Shown here: piece by piece, positions 17,061 to 27,665 of the stretch
Layout of the letters: each line of letters starts with the position of its first letter
How positions within the stretch are numbered: the stretch's first letter is position 1
Source of the DNA: an uncultured Clostridia bacterium
Lineage (GTDB): Bacteria > Acidobacteriota > Aminicenantia > UBA2199
Assembly (NCBI GenBank): GCA_964502145.1
Contig: CAZCVI010000002.1
Coordinates: 117,383 to 181,382 of the forward strand
DNA: 64,000 nucleotides
Reading direction: 5' to 3'
Made by a program: the position numbers and the translations under genes
Notes under the pieces: generated by a model
Databases searched by the model: none
Told to the model about the DNA's origin: nothing
What the model saw: the letters and a program-made list of their open reading frames with translations, nothing else

Positions 17061-20000
17061 ATGAAAATTGCAGATTATTTTGTACTGGAGACGCTGTCAC
17101 ACGGACCAAGAGTTACCGTTTATAAAGCAAAAAAAGAAAACAATACTACCTCTGTTGTCTTAAAGGTCACCGAAAAAAAAACAGCCGAGAAACTTGATAT
17201 TGTTCGCTCCCTGGAACATGAATACCAATACATCAAGCAGGTGGATTCCGACTTTGTGATCAAAGGGATTCACTGGCAAGAGGAAAAAGAGGTTGCTTTT
17301 ATCGTATTGGAAGATATTGATGCTCAATCACTTAAACACTTCATCAAGGAGAAACAGCTCTCTATCCCACAGTTTTTGGACCTCGCCAAAAAGATTGTCG
17401 ATGGACTGGCAGCCATACACAGACAAAACATCATTCATAAAGATATCAATCCATCCAATATCATATGGAATCCAGAAACCGGTGGCCTAAAGATAATCGA
17501 TTTTAATATCGCCTCTAAATTCGATTTAAAATTGTCCTACCTGGGCAACCCGGAAAAACTTAAAGGCACCCTCGCTTATATCTCCCCGGAACAAACCGGT
17601 CGCATGAATCGGCGGGTGGACCAACGAACCGATCTCTATTCCCTGGGTGTCACTTTTTATGAAATGCTGACAGGCAAACTGCCCTTCGACTCAAACCAAC
17701 CCATGGAAATCGTTTATGCCCACTTGGCCAAAGAACCCCAATCCCCGCACCTACTAAATGAAGCTATCCCGGAAATTATTTCCCGGATCATCCACAAATT
17801 AATGGCCAAAAACCCAGAAGATCGCTATCAATCCGCTGAAGGCTTAAAATATGATCTGGAAAAATGTGCTCTATCACACCCGCAAACCTTTGCCCTGGGC
17901 GAAAATGATTACTCTGGCAAACTCCAAATCCCGGAAAAACTTTATGGACGTGAAGAAGAATTAGAACAACTTTTAGCAGTGTACCATCGTGTCAGTCAAG
18001 GCAACAAAGAAATGATCCTGGTGTCCGGATTCTCCGGTTCTGGGAAAACCACTTTGGTGAATGAAATTCATAAATCTATTGCCAAGGACCGGGGCTATTA
18101 TATCAGTGGAAAATTTGATCAGCTTCAACGCACGATTCCCTATTTTGCTTTTATCCAGGCACTTAACCAGTTCTGCCAGTTACTGCTGACTGAAAAACAG
18201 GAAGTGTTGAACCTATGGAAAGTAACTATCTTAAATGCCGTTGGCAAACTGGGGAGAATTCTGACCGATATTATCCCCCAATTGGAAGCTGTGATCGGGA
18301 ACCAACCGGAAGTTCCCGAAGTCAACGGTGACGATGCCAAAAAACGGTTTAATTATGTGTTTTTATGTTTTTTAAATGCCGTGGCCACTGTGGAGCATCC
18401 CCTGGTCATGTTTATCGATGATCTACAGTGGGCCGATCTGGCCTCCTTGAGCTTGCTGCAATTGATCATGGAAGACCGGAAAAGTTGCTATATATTCTTG
18501 ATAGGCGCTTACCGGGATAATGAAGTATCCCTCTCCCATCCCTTGATAACCACTCTGGCGGAATTAAAAAAACAAGCTATCCCCATCCATACTATTCCCG
18601 TTAAAAATCTCTCCCGGCAAAATGTGTCGGCGTTGCTAGTGGATACGTTTAAGACCCCAAGGAACAAAAACCAGGAGGAATTGGACGCATTGACCACTTT
18701 GATCTATCAAAAAACACAGGGTAATGCTTTTTTTACCCTTCAATTTATTGAAAACCTTTTTAAGGAAAACCTATTGTCGTTTGATTTTAAGAAATCCAGG
18801 TGGATATGGGATATCAAAAATATCGAAAAACAGAACATTACCGACAACGTGGTGGCATTACTGGTCAAAAAAATTAAAACATTGCCGGAAAAGACCCAGG
18901 AAGTTTTAAAACTGGCCGCCGCTATTGGCAATACCTTTGAATCGCCAACCTTGTCCGTTATTTCCGGGGCAACGGAAGCAGCCCATCGCCAAGCTTTGGA
19001 ACCCTCGTTGGCGGAACATCTGGTCTATCCCATAGATATAGGTATTTACAAATTTGTTCATGACCGTATTCACCAGGCTATCTACTCCATGGTACCCGAT
19101 GAAGACAAAAAACATTTGCATCTCAAAATCGGCAGATTACTGCTGGAAACATTTGACCTCCAGGATACATCAACACTTTCAAAAGAGACGGATCAGCGAA
19201 TTTTTGATACTGTTAACCATTTGAATATCGGAATTGACCTGATCATTGATGAACGGGAAAGAATTCATTTGGCCACACTGAACCTTAAAGCCGCTAAACA
19301 TGCCCGGGTAGCTGCCGCTTTTTCTATCGGTGTCGTGTATGTACGGACTGCCATACGTTTATTACCAGACAATAGCTGGCAGCAGCATTACGATCTGACT
19401 CTGTCCGTGTACAACGAGGCTGTGCTCGCCTCCTACTTATTCTTAAACCTAGCGGAGATGGAAAAATATGTTGAAATCATATTGTCCTCCACGCAAAATA
19501 TTTTACATCGCTCGGTGGCGTATGAATACCGCCTTTTGAGTTTAATCGGACAGAATAAATCCCAACAGGCCGTTGAAGCAATCTTAACCATTTTTAACCT
19601 TCTGGGAGTGACTATTCCCCCCGAACCCAGTGGTCCAGAAACAATGGCCATATTTGGAGAAGTTCAAACCATGTTAACCAGTATGAATCAGGAGACGATT
19701 GCCAATCTTCCCCTGATGACAGACGAAGCGAAATTGCAAGTGTTACGCCTTTTTTATATGGCTGGCCTTTCCTTTATGCATGGCCGTCCAACGGCATGGC
19801 CCTATGTGATCAGTAAAATGATCCATCTTATACTCACTTATGGCTTGACAGCGGAAACTCCCTATGTGATATCTCTTTATGGTGTGATCAAGGTTGTTAT
19901 GGGTGATTTTCCCAGTGCCTACCAATTGGGAGAAATGGCAGGGGAATTATTGGCCCGGGGTATCGGTAATCAAGCCATCCAGGTCAGAACCATCGGCATT

Positions 20001-22337
20001 ATCTGTTTTTATCTGCGGGGGTATAGAACCCATTTTAAAAAAATAGCCAAGGAGATGATGGATACCTACTCCCTGTGCATGGAAGTGGGTGATTTTGAAT
20101 ATGCGGGATATTCATTGGGCAATTACCTCTGGTGCCTCAATCGTACAGATACCCCGTTGGAAGAGGCATATCAGAAAGCATTGAATTGCCGGGAAACAGT
20201 CCTACAATTAAAACAACCCCTTCCGATACCACCCATATTCATTGAAATTACCATTTGCGAGAATTATCTCGGCAAAGCGGTTGATCCGGCTGTTTTGGCT
20301 ATCAACTATGATGAACTTTTTAAAAACCTACCGATTGGTTCTACTGGAATATTTAGTTGTGGGGCCAATATAAAACAAGCGATATTATTCTTCTTTTTTG
20401 AGCGGTACGATAACGTTTTGGAGTTAATGGTTTCAACTGAAAACCAATATAATGCCTTGAATATGCCGCTTACCTATTTTAGAAGCGATATCCACTTTTA
20501 TTTTACCCTGATCTATATTGAACTTTATACACGCAGTGAATCGGAAAGTGAAAAAGAAATCTGTATTACTAAGATAAACGAGAATAGAACTATTATGAAA
20601 CAGTTGGCTGAATTCGGCCCGGTAAATTTTCTGCATAAGTATTACTTGTTGGAAGCTGAATATGGCAGGGTTACCGGTAACAATAATCAAGCGCCAGAGT
20701 TCTATGACAAAGCCATAGAAACGGCTTATGAAAACGAATATATCAACGAGGCGGCCCTAGCCAACGAACTGGCCGCAAAATATTATATCCGGGAAAACCG
20801 CCGCAAATTCGCCACCTTCTACTTCATGGAAGCACGAAACTGTTATGTCCGGTGGGGCGCACTGGCAAAAGTCAAGCATTTGGATGACAACTATCCCAAA
20901 TACTTGAGTCTTGGACTCCCCGATTCTTCCTTGAGCCGCTCCTCCCTCTCCAGTACTTCAACCGGAACCGCTGGCGATTTCCTGGATGTCAAGAGTATCA
21001 TCAAAGCGTCGCAAACCCTGTCTGGTGAAGTTCAGTTAAAAAGCTTGTTGGAAAAATTAATGCAGATATTGATTGAGAATGCCGGGGCCCAAAAAAGTAT
21101 CTTGATCGAAAATAATGGCGGACGCTTGCTCATTCAAGCAGAAGGTAATACCAATGGTGTATCCGGTATTTTGCATGAGCTGCCAGTGGACGAGTCGGAT
21201 AAAATACCATTGTCCATCATCCATTATGTGGCCCACAGTAAACGGCAATTGGTTTTTGATAACCTATCTACAGACCCCAATTATACGACCGACGAATATA
21301 TCCAAAAAAATCAGCCCAAATCCGTGGTGTGTTTTCCCATCTTAAGTAAGGGGGAAGTTTCTGCCATTGTTTATTTGGAAAACAATCTGGTGGAAGGTGT
21401 ATTTACTCCAGCCCGGTTGGAAGTGCTCAATATGCTTTCGTCGCAAATCGCCATTTCAGTGGAAAATACCCATCTGTATGAGACGCTTGAAGAAAAAGTA
21501 AGGCAGCGTACTATTGCATTGCAAAAAGCACATCAAGAACTGGAGAAGAATCATAAAGAACTGGCGGAAAGTCATAGGAAAATCAATGACAGCGTGAACT
21601 ATGCCAGCAAGATACAAGAGGCGGTTTTACCCGGCGAGGAAATCCTCAACACCCTTCTTCCCCAACACTTTGTCTTCTATCGGCCCTGCTCGGTGGTCAG
21701 CGGTGATTTTTATTGGATCAAACCGGTGGGACAAAAAATAGTGGTGGCTACTGCCGACTGTACTGGCCACGGGATTCCCGGTGCCTTGCTAAGTATGCTG
21801 GGCATGACCTTTCTGAGCGAAATCGTGCCCCACCTGGCCGAACAAAACCAACTGAGCGCGGCCAATGTACTGGACCAATTACGCCAAAAAGTCAAAATCT
21901 CCTTGAAACAAGAAGGAAAGGTTCGTCAACAAAGAGATGGGATGGATATTGCGCTGTGCATCATCGATCCTGCGGATAAGCAATTGCAATATGCCGGTGC
22001 TTATAATCCGTTTTACTTGATCAAGGATAATCATCTTCTGGAAACAAAAGCAGACACCATGCCCATTGGTTTTTCCACCAAAGAACGCCCCTTTACCAAT
22101 CATGATGTCAGGTTTGAAAACGGGAGTATGGTTTACCTTTTCTCCGATGGGTACGCCGATCAAAACGGTGAGGATGGCGAGGTGAATTTTAGCAGGGTGA
22201 AATTTAAGAAATTGTTGACGGAAATCAGCAGGGAACCGGTAGCCAAACAAAAAGAAGTGTTAATCCAACGCTTCGAGCAATGGCGGGGTGACCTGCCACA
22301 ACGTGACGATGTCCTGGTCCTGGGAATAAGACTATAA
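17061..22337 (+). CDS. Multidomain signalling protein: N-terminal Ser/Thr-kinase-like domain (degenerate motifs), P-loop (STAND/AAA-like) NTPase, helical/TPR-like region, GAF domain, C-terminal PP2C/SpoIIE phosphatase
   Basis: Kinase-like: VVLKV, HKDINPSNI (vs HRDLKPEN), IIDFNIASKF (DFN vs DFG) and YISPEQ. P-loop: VSGFSGSGKTTLVNE. PP2C: FYRPCSVVSGDFYWI...ATADCTGHGIPGALLSML...DGMDIALCII...LFSDGYADQ. The RBS is GAGGTG. Confidence 0.65.
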   Translation: MKIADYFVLETLSHGPRVTVYKAKKENNTTSVVLKVTEKKTAEKLDIVRSLEHEYQYIKQVDSDFVIKGIHWQEEKEVAFIVLEDIDAQSLKHFIKEKQLSIPQFLDLAKKIVDGLAAIHRQNIIHKDINPSNIIWNPETGGLKIIDFNIASKFDLKLSYLGNPEKLKGTLAYISPEQTGRMNRRVDQRTDLYSLGVTFYEMLTGKLPFDSNQPMEIVYAHLAKEPQSPHLLNEAIPEIISRIIHKLMAKNPEDRYQSAEGLKYDLEKCALSHPQTFALGENDYSGKLQIPEKLYGREEELEQLLAVYHRVSQGNKEMILVSGFSGSGKTTLVNEIHKSIAKDRGYYISGKFDQLQRTIPYFAFIQALNQFCQLLLTEKQEVLNLWKVTILNAVGKLGRILTDIIPQLEAVIGNQPEVPEVNGDDAKKRFNYVFLCFLNAVATVEHPLVMFIDDLQWADLASLSLLQLIMEDRKSCYIFLIGAYRDNEVSLSHPLITTLAELKKQAIPIHTIPVKNLSRQNVSALLVDTFKTPRNKNQEELDALTTLIYQKTQGNAFFTLQFIENLFKENLLSFDFKKSRWIWDIKNIEKQNITDNVVALLVKKIKTLPEKTQEVLKLAAAIGNTFESPTLSVISGATEAAHRQALEPSLAEHLVYPIDIGIYKFVHDRIHQAIYSMVPDEDKKHLHLKIGRLLLETFDLQDTSTLSKETDQRIFDTVNHLNIGIDLIIDERERIHLATLNLKAAKHARVAAAFSIGVVYVRTAIRLLPDNSWQQHYDLTLSVYNEAVLASYLFLNLAEMEKYVEIILSSTQNILHRSVAYEYRLLSLIGQNKSQQAVEAILTIFNLLGVTIPPEPSGPETMAIFGEVQTMLTSMNQETIANLPLMTDEAKLQVLRLFYMAGLSFMHGRPTAWPYVISKMIHLILTYGLTAETPYVISLYGVIKVVMGDFPSAYQLGEMAGELLARGIGNQAIQVRTIGIICFYLRGYRTHFKKIAKEMMDTYSLCMEVGDFEYAGYSLGNYLWCLNRTDTPLEEAYQKALNCRETVLQLKQPLPIPPIFIEITICENYLGKAVDPAVLAINYDELFKNLPIGSTGIFSCGANIKQAILFFFFERYDNVLELMVSTENQYNALNMPLTYFRSDIHFYFTLIYIELYTRSESESEKEICITKINENRTIMKQLAEFGPVNFLHKYYLLEAEYGRVTGNNNQAPEFYDKAIETAYENEYINEAALANELAAKYYIRENRRKFATFYFMEARNCYVRWGALAKVKHLDDNYPKYLSLGLPDSSLSRSSLSSTSTGTAGDFLDVKSIIKASQTLSGEVQLKSLLEKLMQILIENAGAQKSILIENNGGRLLIQAEGNTNGVSGILHELPVDESDKIPLSIIHYVAHSKRQLVFDNLSTDPNYTTDEYIQKNQPKSVVCFPILSKGEVSAIVYLENNLVEGVFTPARLEVLNMLSSQIAISVENTHLYETLEEKVRQRTIALQKAHQELEKNHKELAESHRKINDSVNYASKIQEAVLPGEEILNTLLPQHFVFYRPCSVVSGDFYWIKPVGQKIVVATADCTGHGIPGALLSMLGMTFLSEIVPHLAEQNQLSAANVLDQLRQKVKISLKQEGKVRQQRDGMDIALCIIDPADKQLQYAGAYNPFYLIKDNHLLETKADTMPIGFSTKERPFTNHDVRFENGSMVYLFSDGYADQNGEDGEVNFSRVKFKKLLTEISREPVAKQKEVLIQRFEQWRGDLPQRDDVLVLGIRL

Positions 22338-22350
22338 AATGGCCATAAAA

Positions 22351-22375
22351 AGGAGGCACATAGCCTCCTTTTTAT
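22351..22375. terminator. Bidirectional rho-independent terminator
   Basis: aggaggc-acata-gcctcct followed by TTTTT. On the other strand it is preceded by AAAA. It sits between convergent genes. Confidence 0.75.
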
Positions 22376-22381
22376 GTTTGA

Positions 22382-22633
22382 TTATTTAATTTTTTTCCTT
22401 TCCGCATTGTTTTTTAATGCATTGGCAATAATCCATTCTTGCTTTTGTTGATTGGCATCTTCAATGGTTCGGTACTTAAAAACTCCGTGAGGAAAATTCG
22501 GAGGACAAAGACGATTGGCTAAATCCCAGAGTTTAACTACCTGTTTATAGTATTCTTCGTCGGGGTCAAAGCACCAGAGGGCTCTTTCAGCCTCTTGAAA
22601 ATCTTTAAACTTTTGAATTGCCATTTGGGTCAT
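22382..22633 (-). CDS. Small hypothetical protein (83 aa), co-operonic with a nucleotidyltransferase
   Basis: Overlaps the upstream gene end by 29 nt. No recognised motif. Confidence 0.4.
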   Translation of the reverse strand: MTQMAIQKFKDFQEAERALWCFDPDEEYYKQVVKLWDLANRLCPPNFPHGVFKYRTIEDANQQKQEWIIANALKNNAERKKIK

Positions 22634-23099
22634 CCCCCTTTTGTCTCATAAGCTCATATAAAAAGAAGGCATCCCTTTTATCTTCAGATCGAAGAGTATC
22701 TTTTTTTAGTTTGAAAAGAGTCTGCGCTGTGGCCACATTTATTGGAATTTCATCAAAAGTCATAATCTCATATTCCAGATCATCATATGTCGCAAACTCT
22801 CCTAATCTGGCCATAATATCTATATAAAACCCATCTGGAGCGCCATATCGAATTACTGAATACTGATTTAATTCCTCAAAGGTAATATCAAAGATACATT
22901 CATCTTGAAAAACGTCATCTAGTGCTTTTTGAAGCTTCTTGATATTTTCGGAATTCATTTTTACAAATATATCAATATCCTGAGTAAGACGAGGTAAACC
23001 ATGGAGAATAACTGCAAATCCTCCGATTAGGATGTAGTCCACCTTTTCTTTACCTAGAGCTTTAAGTACTTTCAAAAATTTCTCGAATAATTCTGTCAT
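22605..23099 (-). CDS. Nucleotidyltransferase-fold protein (minimal NTase, GG...DIDI motif)
   Basis: VDYILIGGFAVILHGLPRLTQDIDIFV shows the NTase hG[GS]...DxD pattern. Confidence 0.5.
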   Translation of the reverse strand: MTELFEKFLKVLKALGKEKVDYILIGGFAVILHGLPRLTQDIDIFVKMNSENIKKLQKALDDVFQDECIFDITFEELNQYSVIRYGAPDGFYIDIMARLGEFATYDDLEYEIMTFDEIPINVATAQTLFKLKKDTLRSEDKRDAFFLYELMRQKGDDPNGNSKV

Positions 23100-23204
23100 C
23101 TTTATTATCCTTATAGAAGATTTATAACAGATAAGAAATGAAAAATCAATCCCCAGCTTCCCAAGGTTGACCGCTGGTGGTAAAAAAATTATTTTTAATC
23201 CATT

Positions 23205-25769
23205 TTAATCCACGGTAATTGACTTGCTGACGTTTTTGGGGACGTCGGGGTGGACGCCGTGGTTTTCCACGTGGCATTTGTTGAGGTATTTCATCTTGGT
23301 CACGGACATTTTCATGGCCAATAATTGTAATACCAGTGCAGCCACAAAAACGAAAATCTGGCGGTCGCCGGTTTTGGGTAGTTCGATATATTGGGAGTAG
23401 TATTTTTCAAAACCCGAGGGTTTGCCTGCCACTGCTTTTCTTAGTTCGTCGTCGTCCTCGGCAATCAGGATGATGTCGGCGCCACGTATTTTATGGGTGT
23501 GAATCTGGGTGATCGTGATGCGTTTGTCCCGTTCATCTGGCGGGCATAAAAAGATCAACGGGTAAGTGGAGAAATAGGATTCCACAGAAATGGTATTGCG
23601 ATAATCTTCCAGTATTTCGCGGAGGCGTAATTTATCGTTGCCGTTAGCGTGGGCCAGGGAGTCCAGCGGTACCTGGTCATCCAAACGCTGCAATTTGAAA
23701 CTCTTGGCGATATTGAGAAATTCATAGATGGCTGGTCGGCTGGAAGGGTCCATTTCCAAATATTGCATGATTTTTTCAAAGGATTCCAACATATCGGTAT
23801 GCAGGTGTTCCATATCGCGGAGCGAGAAAATAGTATTTTTACCCAGGATCGTATTGGGCCCATGTTTGAATTCTGCCGCGTCATATCCTTCCGTGTGGTT
23901 GAGTACTACTTCCCTGATCTTTAGTGCCCCCTCTTTGGAAAGCCCTTCCATGGAGGTGCCCAGAATATGCAGGGAGGGTCTTAAGAATATCTTTAATGCC
24001 AGAGTGCTGATTTCATGGTCGGTGTGGGCCAGAGTAAAGTCCATATAATACTTGATTTTGGCCATTTTTTTGCAAACCGTGGCCTCATTTTCTTTAATAC
24101 TGGCGGCCAAGATATAAAACAGGGCGATCTGGCTGATAAAAGATTTGGTAGCAGCCACGGCGATTTCTGGACCGCACATGACGGGCAGGTAAAAATCCGA
24201 TTTCTCTTGTGGCAGGGTGGAATTCTCATTGTTGACAATGGAGAAAAGCAAAATTTTTTTATCGTACATTTTGCGGATATCATTGAAGATGTCTACGAGG
24301 TCCTTGGTTTCACCGGATTGACTGACGCCAATTACCATATCTTTCTCGGACAGTGATTGGAGGTAAAGTGAACGGAACATGCCGGGTATGGCAGGAATAA
24401 TGGGAATACTGGCCATGGTGTTAAAAAAATACCCGCCTACCAGCGCGGCGTGGGCAGAAGTGCCGGAAGCAACAACAAAAATTCGGCTACCGTTGGTAGC
24501 AATCTTTTTAAAGAAGTCGATCACCTGGTTTTTGAAACGAATGATCATCCGTTTCTTTTTCCAGATGAGCATCAGGTCCAGAATAAACAGTTCGGGGAAG
24601 TAACTTTCATTGATGCCCAGTATCTCGTTTAATAGGGCCGCTTCTTCTGAAGTAAAACCATGGGATTGAAAGCGTTTGCGGATATGGTGGTTGTTTTTGA
24701 AGATGTCAGCGGACACGGTTTTGAACGTTTCGCTGGCCAGGATGGTTTCGAATTCTGTTTTCAGGCGGGGCAGATCGAAAATGTCGTAGAGTTTCAGCAG
24801 AGTGTAGAGCAGTTCGCGACAACTGTCCAATTTATTTTCGAAGACCTCGAAAAAGGGTTTTTCTTCTTCATCGTTAAAGTAGTATTTGACCAATTGATCG
24901 ATATTCTGGGAGGCGGTGAAAATTTCTTGTTCCATGAAGTAGTGGTATTTGGGGGCGAGGGCGATATCGGAGATATTGAGGCGGCTACGGGTGAGGGCCG
25001 GGGTAAATTCCTGGTTGTCGGTCAGCCCGAAGACGCGGTAGGAGGTGCTGGTGAAGTACATGCCCTGACCTTCGGTCAGAGGGATGAGGAACCGGGTTTT
25101 AGCGAGTATAGAGGTAAGGTCAGAACTGACCACGATAAATTCACCTCCGGCATCCTGGCCTTTGCCCGCGTAGAGCGAGGAACCCGATTTAATGGCAAAT
25201 ATGCCGGTAATATCCGGGGCGGTAATGCAAGCGGCATAGGAACCATCGGCCATTTCGCCAGCTTTACGGATGGCTTGCATGAATAGGTTGACGCGTTCTT
25301 TTTCGCTGGTGTTTTTGCCAGGAGAATCGGCGATTAAGCGGGCATAGAAGTGTTCTATCAGGTGTACGAGCATTTCGCCGTCGTTATCTGACACGACTTG
25401 GTGTCCGGTTTCGAGTAAGAACTCTTTGAGGGAATCGGTATTGGAGAGGTTGCCGTTATGGCCGCCCACGAGGTGGGTTTTGCAATTAACGTCGTGGGGT
25501 TGGGCGTTTTCGTCGGTGACGGAGCCGTAGGTAGCCCAGCGTACTTGGCCGATGAAGCGAATACCGGACATTTTGTCCATTTCCAGGTCGATGGTGACGC
25601 GGGAGGGGGCGCCGACTTTTTTCTTTAATTGGATGGTGCCGTCTTTTTTAATGAATGCACCGCCGGTGGAATCATAGCCCCGGTACTCTAATTTTTTCAA
25701 TAAAAAAACACCCTCATTGCCGAGGTTTTCATTGTGTTTACCATATATAATCGAAACTATTCCGCACAT
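23205..25769 (-). CDS. GlmS-like glutamine-fructose-6-phosphate amidotransferase paralog (class II Ntn glutaminase + 2 SIS domains) with a ~240-aa internal extension
   Basis: The N-terminal MCGIV Cys1 is the Ntn nucleophile. SIS motifs are VVASGTSAHAALV and GVSQSGETKDLVD. The 854 aa compare with about 610 for canonical GlmS. Confidence 0.55.
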   Translation of the reverse strand: MCGIVSIIYGKHNENLGNEGVFLLKKLEYRGYDSTGGAFIKKDGTIQLKKKVGAPSRVTIDLEMDKMSGIRFIGQVRWATYGSVTDENAQPHDVNCKTHLVGGHNGNLSNTDSLKEFLLETGHQVVSDNDGEMLVHLIEHFYARLIADSPGKNTSEKERVNLFMQAIRKAGEMADGSYAACITAPDITGIFAIKSGSSLYAGKGQDAGGEFIVVSSDLTSILAKTRFLIPLTEGQGMYFTSTSYRVFGLTDNQEFTPALTRSRLNISDIALAPKYHYFMEQEIFTASQNIDQLVKYYFNDEEEKPFFEVFENKLDSCRELLYTLLKLYDIFDLPRLKTEFETILASETFKTVSADIFKNNHHIRKRFQSHGFTSEEAALLNEILGINESYFPELFILDLMLIWKKKRMIIRFKNQVIDFFKKIATNGSRIFVVASGTSAHAALVGGYFFNTMASIPIIPAIPGMFRSLYLQSLSEKDMVIGVSQSGETKDLVDIFNDIRKMYDKKILLFSIVNNENSTLPQEKSDFYLPVMCGPEIAVAATKSFISQIALFYILAASIKENEATVCKKMAKIKYYMDFTLAHTDHEISTLALKIFLRPSLHILGTSMEGLSKEGALKIREVVLNHTEGYDAAEFKHGPNTILGKNTIFSLRDMEHLHTDMLESFEKIMQYLEMDPSSRPAIYEFLNIAKSFKLQRLDDQVPLDSLAHANGNDKLRLREILEDYRNTISVESYFSTYPLIFLCPPDERDKRITITQIHTHKIRGADIILIAEDDDELRKAVAGKPSGFEKYYSQYIELPKTGDRQIFVFVAALVLQLLAMKMSVTKMKYLNKCHVENHGVHPDVPKNVSKSITVD

Positions 25770-25866
25770 GTGAATCTCCTTTTTTACTGTGAAAGTATTA
25801 TTGTACCAGTAAATGATGTTATTGAAAAGAGTTATTCTTAAAAGAGTACTTACTGGATATACGGTA

Positions 25867-26997
25867 CTATCTGGGTAAATTTAGCGTGAATGACATTTCT
25901 GCCAGTTCTTCGCCATTGATGATGATGGAAATCTTATGCTGGCCGGGGTAGTGTTTGCGGGTGGAGTAGTCTTGGAAGGAGTGTTTGCGTTTGAAGGGGT
26001 GAGTGCCGGGTAGGTAGGTGTTTTCGGTGATTTTGAAGACTTTTTTGGATAATTTGCCATTGGCTTTCATAAAATAGAGGCCGTATTCAAGGCGGACGTT
26101 ACTTTCTGTTTTTTCTGTTAGGATTAGATCGAAGGAGAAGGTGAGGGGTTCGCCGATGGCGAGGATTTCTTGATCCAGTTTGAGGTTTTCCACGTTCATT
26201 TGGGTGGTAGTGCCGAAGCCGAAGAATTTCATGGCTCGTTTATTGCCCGCTTTCATCATGGAGCGACAGGCGTGTTTGATGATGGCGTCGGTGTTTTTAT
26301 TATGGCCGTACCATTTTTCACTGATATCTAAGAGCAGTTCGGGGTTATCTTTGGAGATATCGTTGAGGTTATTGGCGACACTGCGACGTACATCTTCGGA
26401 GGGGTCATTTTTTAATTTTTCCAAGATGGGTAGGATTGGGGCGGGATCTTTCTTGAATTTGGGTAAAGCCATCGCCCAGGGGAGCCGTGGTCGGCAGCCT
26501 TCGCTGGCGAGGCGGCGCACACGGGGATTCTCATTGGTGGCAAAAGCCAACATGTAACCCAGTGCTTTCTTGGGGTCGCGATCTAAAAATGGGCGGACGG
26601 CAAATTCGGAAGAGGAATAACCGGTGAATACTTCAAGCGCTTGAAAAGACAGGTCCCACTCTTCTTCCATGCCGTACAGTTCCACAAAATCGGGTAATGA
26701 CATGGCTTCAAAGCCTTTTACATAAGGTGCGGCTTCTTTTAGAATTGCGACTGCTTGCATGTAGGATGGGGGGAGGGTGTGGTGTAAGCATTGGGTGGTG
26801 TGGCGCATTTTTGCTTTTAATTCCAACGCTTCCCAGCCGGGATAGTGGATCAGTTCAAGAAACCGCTCCTTATCAAATGGGGGGTAGAACCGTTTCATAA
26901 TATCTGCCATTGCATTCATAGAATCTTGGGTGAAAAAGATTTTCTTTAATTGTTCAGCCATATTTAAAAACTCCTTTTTTTTAATCTGTATCATCAT
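25867..26997 (-). CDS. DNA alkylation repair protein (AlkD/AlkC-like HEAT-repeat family)
   Basis: NENPRVRRLASEGCRPRLPW and ...DPSEDVRRSVANNL are the characteristic HEAT-repeat alkylation-repair motifs. Confidence 0.55.
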   Translation of the reverse strand: MMIQIKKKEFLNMAEQLKKIFFTQDSMNAMADIMKRFYPPFDKERFLELIHYPGWEALELKAKMRHTTQCLHHTLPPSYMQAVAILKEAAPYVKGFEAMSLPDFVELYGMEEEWDLSFQALEVFTGYSSSEFAVRPFLDRDPKKALGYMLAFATNENPRVRRLASEGCRPRLPWAMALPKFKKDPAPILPILEKLKNDPSEDVRRSVANNLNDISKDNPELLLDISEKWYGHNKNTDAIIKHACRSMMKAGNKRAMKFFGFGTTTQMNVENLKLDQEILAIGEPLTFSFDLILTEKTESNVRLEYGLYFMKANGKLSKKVFKITENTYLPGTHPFKRKHSFQDYSTRKHYPGQHKISIIINGEELAEMSFTLNLPR

Positions 26998-27011
26998 TTT
27001 AATCTGTGTAA

Positions 27012-27665
27012 TCAGTGGACTTTTTTTTCAATCTTTTTTGTATGTTTTCCTTGGCATGAGGATTTAAGCAGACAATGGCGGCAATCCGGTGTTTGGGGTT
27101 TGCAGATTTTATGGGTGAAATCGAGGATGGCAAAGAGGAACGTACCGGGTTCTTTGGTGTTGAAGAGTTCTTTGGCCAAGTGGATGATTTGTTTTTTACG
27201 GGGGATGTCGCCGGTTAGGTTTAGGCCGTGGTAACGATTAATGAAGCGGGCGATGTTGCTGTCTATGGCGTGTTCGGGTTTGTTGAAGCAGATGGACAGA
27301 ATAGCGCCGGCAGTGTAGTGGCCAATACCGGGGATTTTTAATAAATCGCGGCGGATGTCGGGGAATTCACCGTCGAATTGTTCCACCACATATTGGGCGG
27401 CTTCGATGAGCTGGGTACTGCGGCAGTGGAGACCGAGATGTTCGGTAACGCTTTTGATTTCGGTTTCGTTAGCATAGGCGAGGGCTTCGACCACGGGGTA
27501 TTTTTGGATGAAGGCTTGGTAAATAGTAGCGGCTTGTTCAGCACGGGTGCGGCGTAACAGGAATTCGGCAATCATGATGAAATAGGGGTTACTATAATTC
27601 CGCCAGGGGAACTCTCTTCTGTGTTTGGCAAACCAGTTGAATATTTTACGATGCATGTTAATCAT
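27012..27665 (-). CDS. HhH-GPD base-excision DNA glycosylase (endonuclease III / MutY-like) with a C-terminal 4Fe-4S cluster loop
   Basis: FPWR near the N-terminus, an HhH with a GIG motif (LLKIPGIGHYTAGAI), and CKPQTPDCRHCLLKSSC (Cx6Cx2Cx5C). Confidence 0.65.
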   Translation of the reverse strand: MINMHRKIFNWFAKHRREFPWRNYSNPYFIMIAEFLLRRTRAEQAATIYQAFIQKYPVVEALAYANETEIKSVTEHLGLHCRSTQLIEAAQYVVEQFDGEFPDIRRDLLKIPGIGHYTAGAILSICFNKPEHAIDSNIARFINRYHGLNLTGDIPRKKQIIHLAKELFNTKEPGTFLFAILDFTHKICKPQTPDCRHCLLKSSCQGKHTKKIEKKVH

